Below are positions 22,587 to 24,302 of a stretch of DNA of 24,302 bases, one piece after another. Numbering within the stretch: position 1 is the stretch's first letter; each line of letters starts with the position of its first letter. The notes beneath the pieces are model-generated. The model made no database searches and was not told the DNA's origin. It saw nothing but the letters and a program-made list of their open reading frames with translations. The stretch covers positions 1 through 24,302 of the IMG/VR virus record IMGVR_UViG_3300034407_002423. One strand, given 5' to 3'. This stretch comes from a virus. Its lineage: Duplodnaviria > Caudoviricetes. Made by a program: the position numbers and the translations under genes.

Positions 22587-24121
22587 TGACCGTTGGAGTA
22601 AGTCTCAAGCGAGTAGTTCAGACCGGTACGGGGTCAACTGCTGCTTTTAATTTTAATGCGCCCGTACTAGACGACGATGAGCTGAGTGTATTTACATACA
22701 ACACCTCTACGAAGGCACAATCTTTACAGACAAAAGGTGGTTCTGGTACTTACGATTACACCGTTAGTATCAACTCGTCCACTAAATTTGCTACTATTAC
22801 CTTAAATACTAATCTACCAACCACTCACCGGATTACTATTTTAAGAAACATACCTCTCACGCAAGGCGTCGATTACGTTCAAGGTGACCCGTTTTCAGCG
22901 GAAACGCATGAAGGAGCGTTGGACAAGTTAACTCTGATCGCGGCCCAAGTGCAAGAAGAACAAGATAGATCAATTAAAGTTATCGAATCGTCTGCTACAA
23001 CTGACTTAGTTATGGCAGAACTTGTAGCACAAAAATTGTTGGTGGTTAATGATGCAGGCAACGGCATTGACATGGGACCGACGTTTGCAGAGGTTGATAC
23101 GGTAGGTGACAATATTGACAATGTAGTTCTTGTTGGTCAAAACATAGCTAGTGTTAATACTGTCGCAGCTGATTTAGGCGGCAGCGATCACACTGGAACA
23201 GTCGCCGGAGCAATAACTAACGTTAATAATGTCGGCGGTAACATTTCAAATGTTAACTCAGTTGCCGGTAATGCTTCAAATATTAATACCGTTGCCGCTG
23301 ACGGAACAGACATAGGTACAGTTGCTGGTAGTATAGCCAATGTAAACGCCGTGGGCAACAATATCAGTAACGTGAATACGCTTGCAGCTGCTGATGTAAT
23401 TGCAGATATGGCAATACTGGCAACTGCCGACATTGTGGCCGATATGAACACGTTGGGTACCGCTGACGTTGTCGCAGATATGAATACACTAGGTACTGCG
23501 GATGTTGTCTCGGATATGAACACCTTGGGTACTGCGGATGTTGTGTCTGACATGAACGCATTAGCGGTCGCTGACGTAATCAACGACATGTCTACACTTG
23601 CTGATAACATTGGTGCGATATCAGCAAAGGCGTCATCAGGGGCTAATTCTGATATCACAAGTTTAAGTGGATTGACGACCCCATTGTCAGTCGCACAGGG
23701 TGGTACAGGAGGAGCGAACGCAGGTGCAGCGCGCACCGCATTGGGTGTCGCAATTGGTAGTGACGTCCAGGCATTTGATGCTGACACACTGAAAGCGGAT
23801 ACGGCCGATACACTTACAGCACCATTTAGAGGCACAGTTACAACTGATAACGATCTATCGTTTGACTTGAATGTAACTAACAACTTTAGTTGCACGCCCA
23901 CGGGTGGCGGCACATTAACGTTTACAAATCACGGATCAGCAGCTGGTCAGAGTGGATTCATCTGGTTAGACAACTCTGGTGGTCACGCTATAGCTGCACA
24001 CGCTAACACTAAGATTAACGCTGCTGACTTAACAACAATCTCAACTGCTGGCGTTTACACGCTTGCTTACTTTGATAACGGCACTAATGCCTATGTGTCA
24101 GTAAGTAGGAGCTTTGCATGA
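22586..24121 (+). CDS. Tail fibre protein
   Basis: T7 gp17-like N-terminal attachment domain (LR..P.TQ..DY..GD.F.AETHE.ALDKLT), N/V/I-rich coiled repeats, GANSDITSLSGLTTPLSVAQGGTG motif, short beta C-terminal domain. Confidence 0.9.
   Translation: MTVGVSLKRVVQTGTGSTAAFNFNAPVLDDDELSVFTYNTSTKAQSLQTKGGSGTYDYTVSINSSTKFATITLNTNLPTTHRITILRNIPLTQGVDYVQGDPFSAETHEGALDKLTLIAAQVQEEQDRSIKVIESSATTDLVMAELVAQKLLVVNDAGNGIDMGPTFAEVDTVGDNIDNVVLVGQNIASVNTVAADLGGSDHTGTVAGAITNVNNVGGNISNVNSVAGNASNINTVAADGTDIGTVAGSIANVNAVGNNISNVNTLAAADVIADMAILATADIVADMNTLGTADVVADMNTLGTADVVSDMNTLGTADVVSDMNALAVADVINDMSTLADNIGAISAKASSGANSDITSLSGLTTPLSVAQGGTGGANAGAARTALGVAIGSDVQAFDADTLKADTADTLTAPFRGTVTTDNDLSFDLNVTNNFSCTPTGGGTLTFTNHGSAAGQSGFIWLDNSGGHAIAAHANTKINAADLTTISTAGVYTLAYFDNGTNAYVSVSRSFA
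23390..23605 (+). repeat. Six tandem 36-bp (12-aa) coding repeats, consensus ADVVADMNTLGT
   Basis: ADVIADMAILAT/ADIVADMNTLGT/ADVVADMNTLGT/ADVVSDMNTLGT/ADVVSDMNALAV/ADVINDMSTLAD. Confidence 0.92.
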
Positions 24122-24302
24122 GCTTATTGCCTGTTGGCTTTGGTGCGTCTGGTGGTGACTATGAGATCACAGATAGTCTGAGACTGCGTAGTTCTGCGTC
24201 TGCTTATCTAAGTAGGACTCCAGCGAGTAACGGAAACAGGCAGATATTTACATTTTCAGCTTGGGTAAAACGTGGAGCATTAGGAGCAGAAAACGTTATT
24301 TT
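24118..24302 (+). CDS. Start of a LamG/concanavalin-like tail-associated protein (partial; not in ORF track)
   Basis: ATGA overlap with the fibre stop, AGGAG RBS; MSLLPVGFGASGGDYEITDSLRLRSSASAYLSRTPASNGNRQIFTFSAWVKRG; the FTFSAWVK strand is typical of LamG-like domains. Confidence 0.75.
   Translation, partial: MSLLPVGFGASGGDYEITDSLRLRSSASAYLSRTPASNGNRQIFTFSAWVKRGALGAENVI

Larger units (their letters stand above)
1..24302. mobile_element. Podovirus-type tailed bacteriophage genome segment (early gene block plus packaging/virion module)
   Basis: Collinear terS-terL-portal-scaffold-capsid-adaptor-nozzle-ejection proteins-fibre; no tape measure, sheath or tube genes; no host housekeeping genes. 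No integrase or att site in the window, so prophage versus free phage cannot be decided. Confidence 0.97.

Noticed and set aside
545-23561. Other short overlapping ORFs in the track (e.g. 545-775, 1305-1514, 3047-3256, 5034-5354, 5075-5323, 5664-5888, 5811-6065, 8810-9127, 9400-9859, 10286-10492, 12977-13908, 14857-15099, 16227-16499, 17236-18938, 21470-23561)
   Set aside because: All lie antisense or out of frame within well-supported genes and show no recognisable motifs.
23390-23605. 36-bp periodic repeats as a CRISPR array
   Set aside because: Tandem, in frame, without spacers and varying at synonymous positions; no cas genes.
23188-23913. 241-aa minus-strand ORF
   Set aside because: Antisense shadow of the repetitive, small-residue-rich tail fibre; no RBS or independent features.
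22586-24302. BPP-1-style diversity-generating retroelement at the tail fibre
   Set aside because: No reverse transcriptase and no template/variable repeat pair visible in this window.

Overview
The whole window is tailed-phage DNA with no host genes. It has podovirus architecture: a T7/BPP-1/epsilon15-type portal-scaffold-capsid-adaptor-nozzle-ejection-fibre module, and several small genes resembling those of aquatic proteobacterial phages. Left part (1-3406, minus strand): a block of small early-type genes, including a DUF932 protein, a partial class I SAM methyltransferase and three short ORFs missed by the ORF track. 3407-3890 is a divergent non-coding region with promoters, short repeats and a GC-rich patch, and may hold the genome end or packaging site. 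Right part (3891-24302, plus strand): HNH nuclease, terminase small and large subunits, portal, scaffold, major capsid, decoration protein, tail adaptor and nozzle, four candidate internal/ejection proteins, a tail fibre and the start of a LamG-like protein. Two observations stand out. (1) An ejection-locus protein (16501-20052) carries a HipA/PI3-PI4K-fold kinase domain and a VIP2/Alt-type ADP-ribosyltransferase domain in tandem, a candidate virion-delivered dual host-modification effector. (2) A UAG-bulged RNA stem motif occurs three times: once at the start of the scaffold gene and twice in the capsid leader, one of these circularly permuted. All family calls come from motif recognition and synteny by eye; no database search was run.
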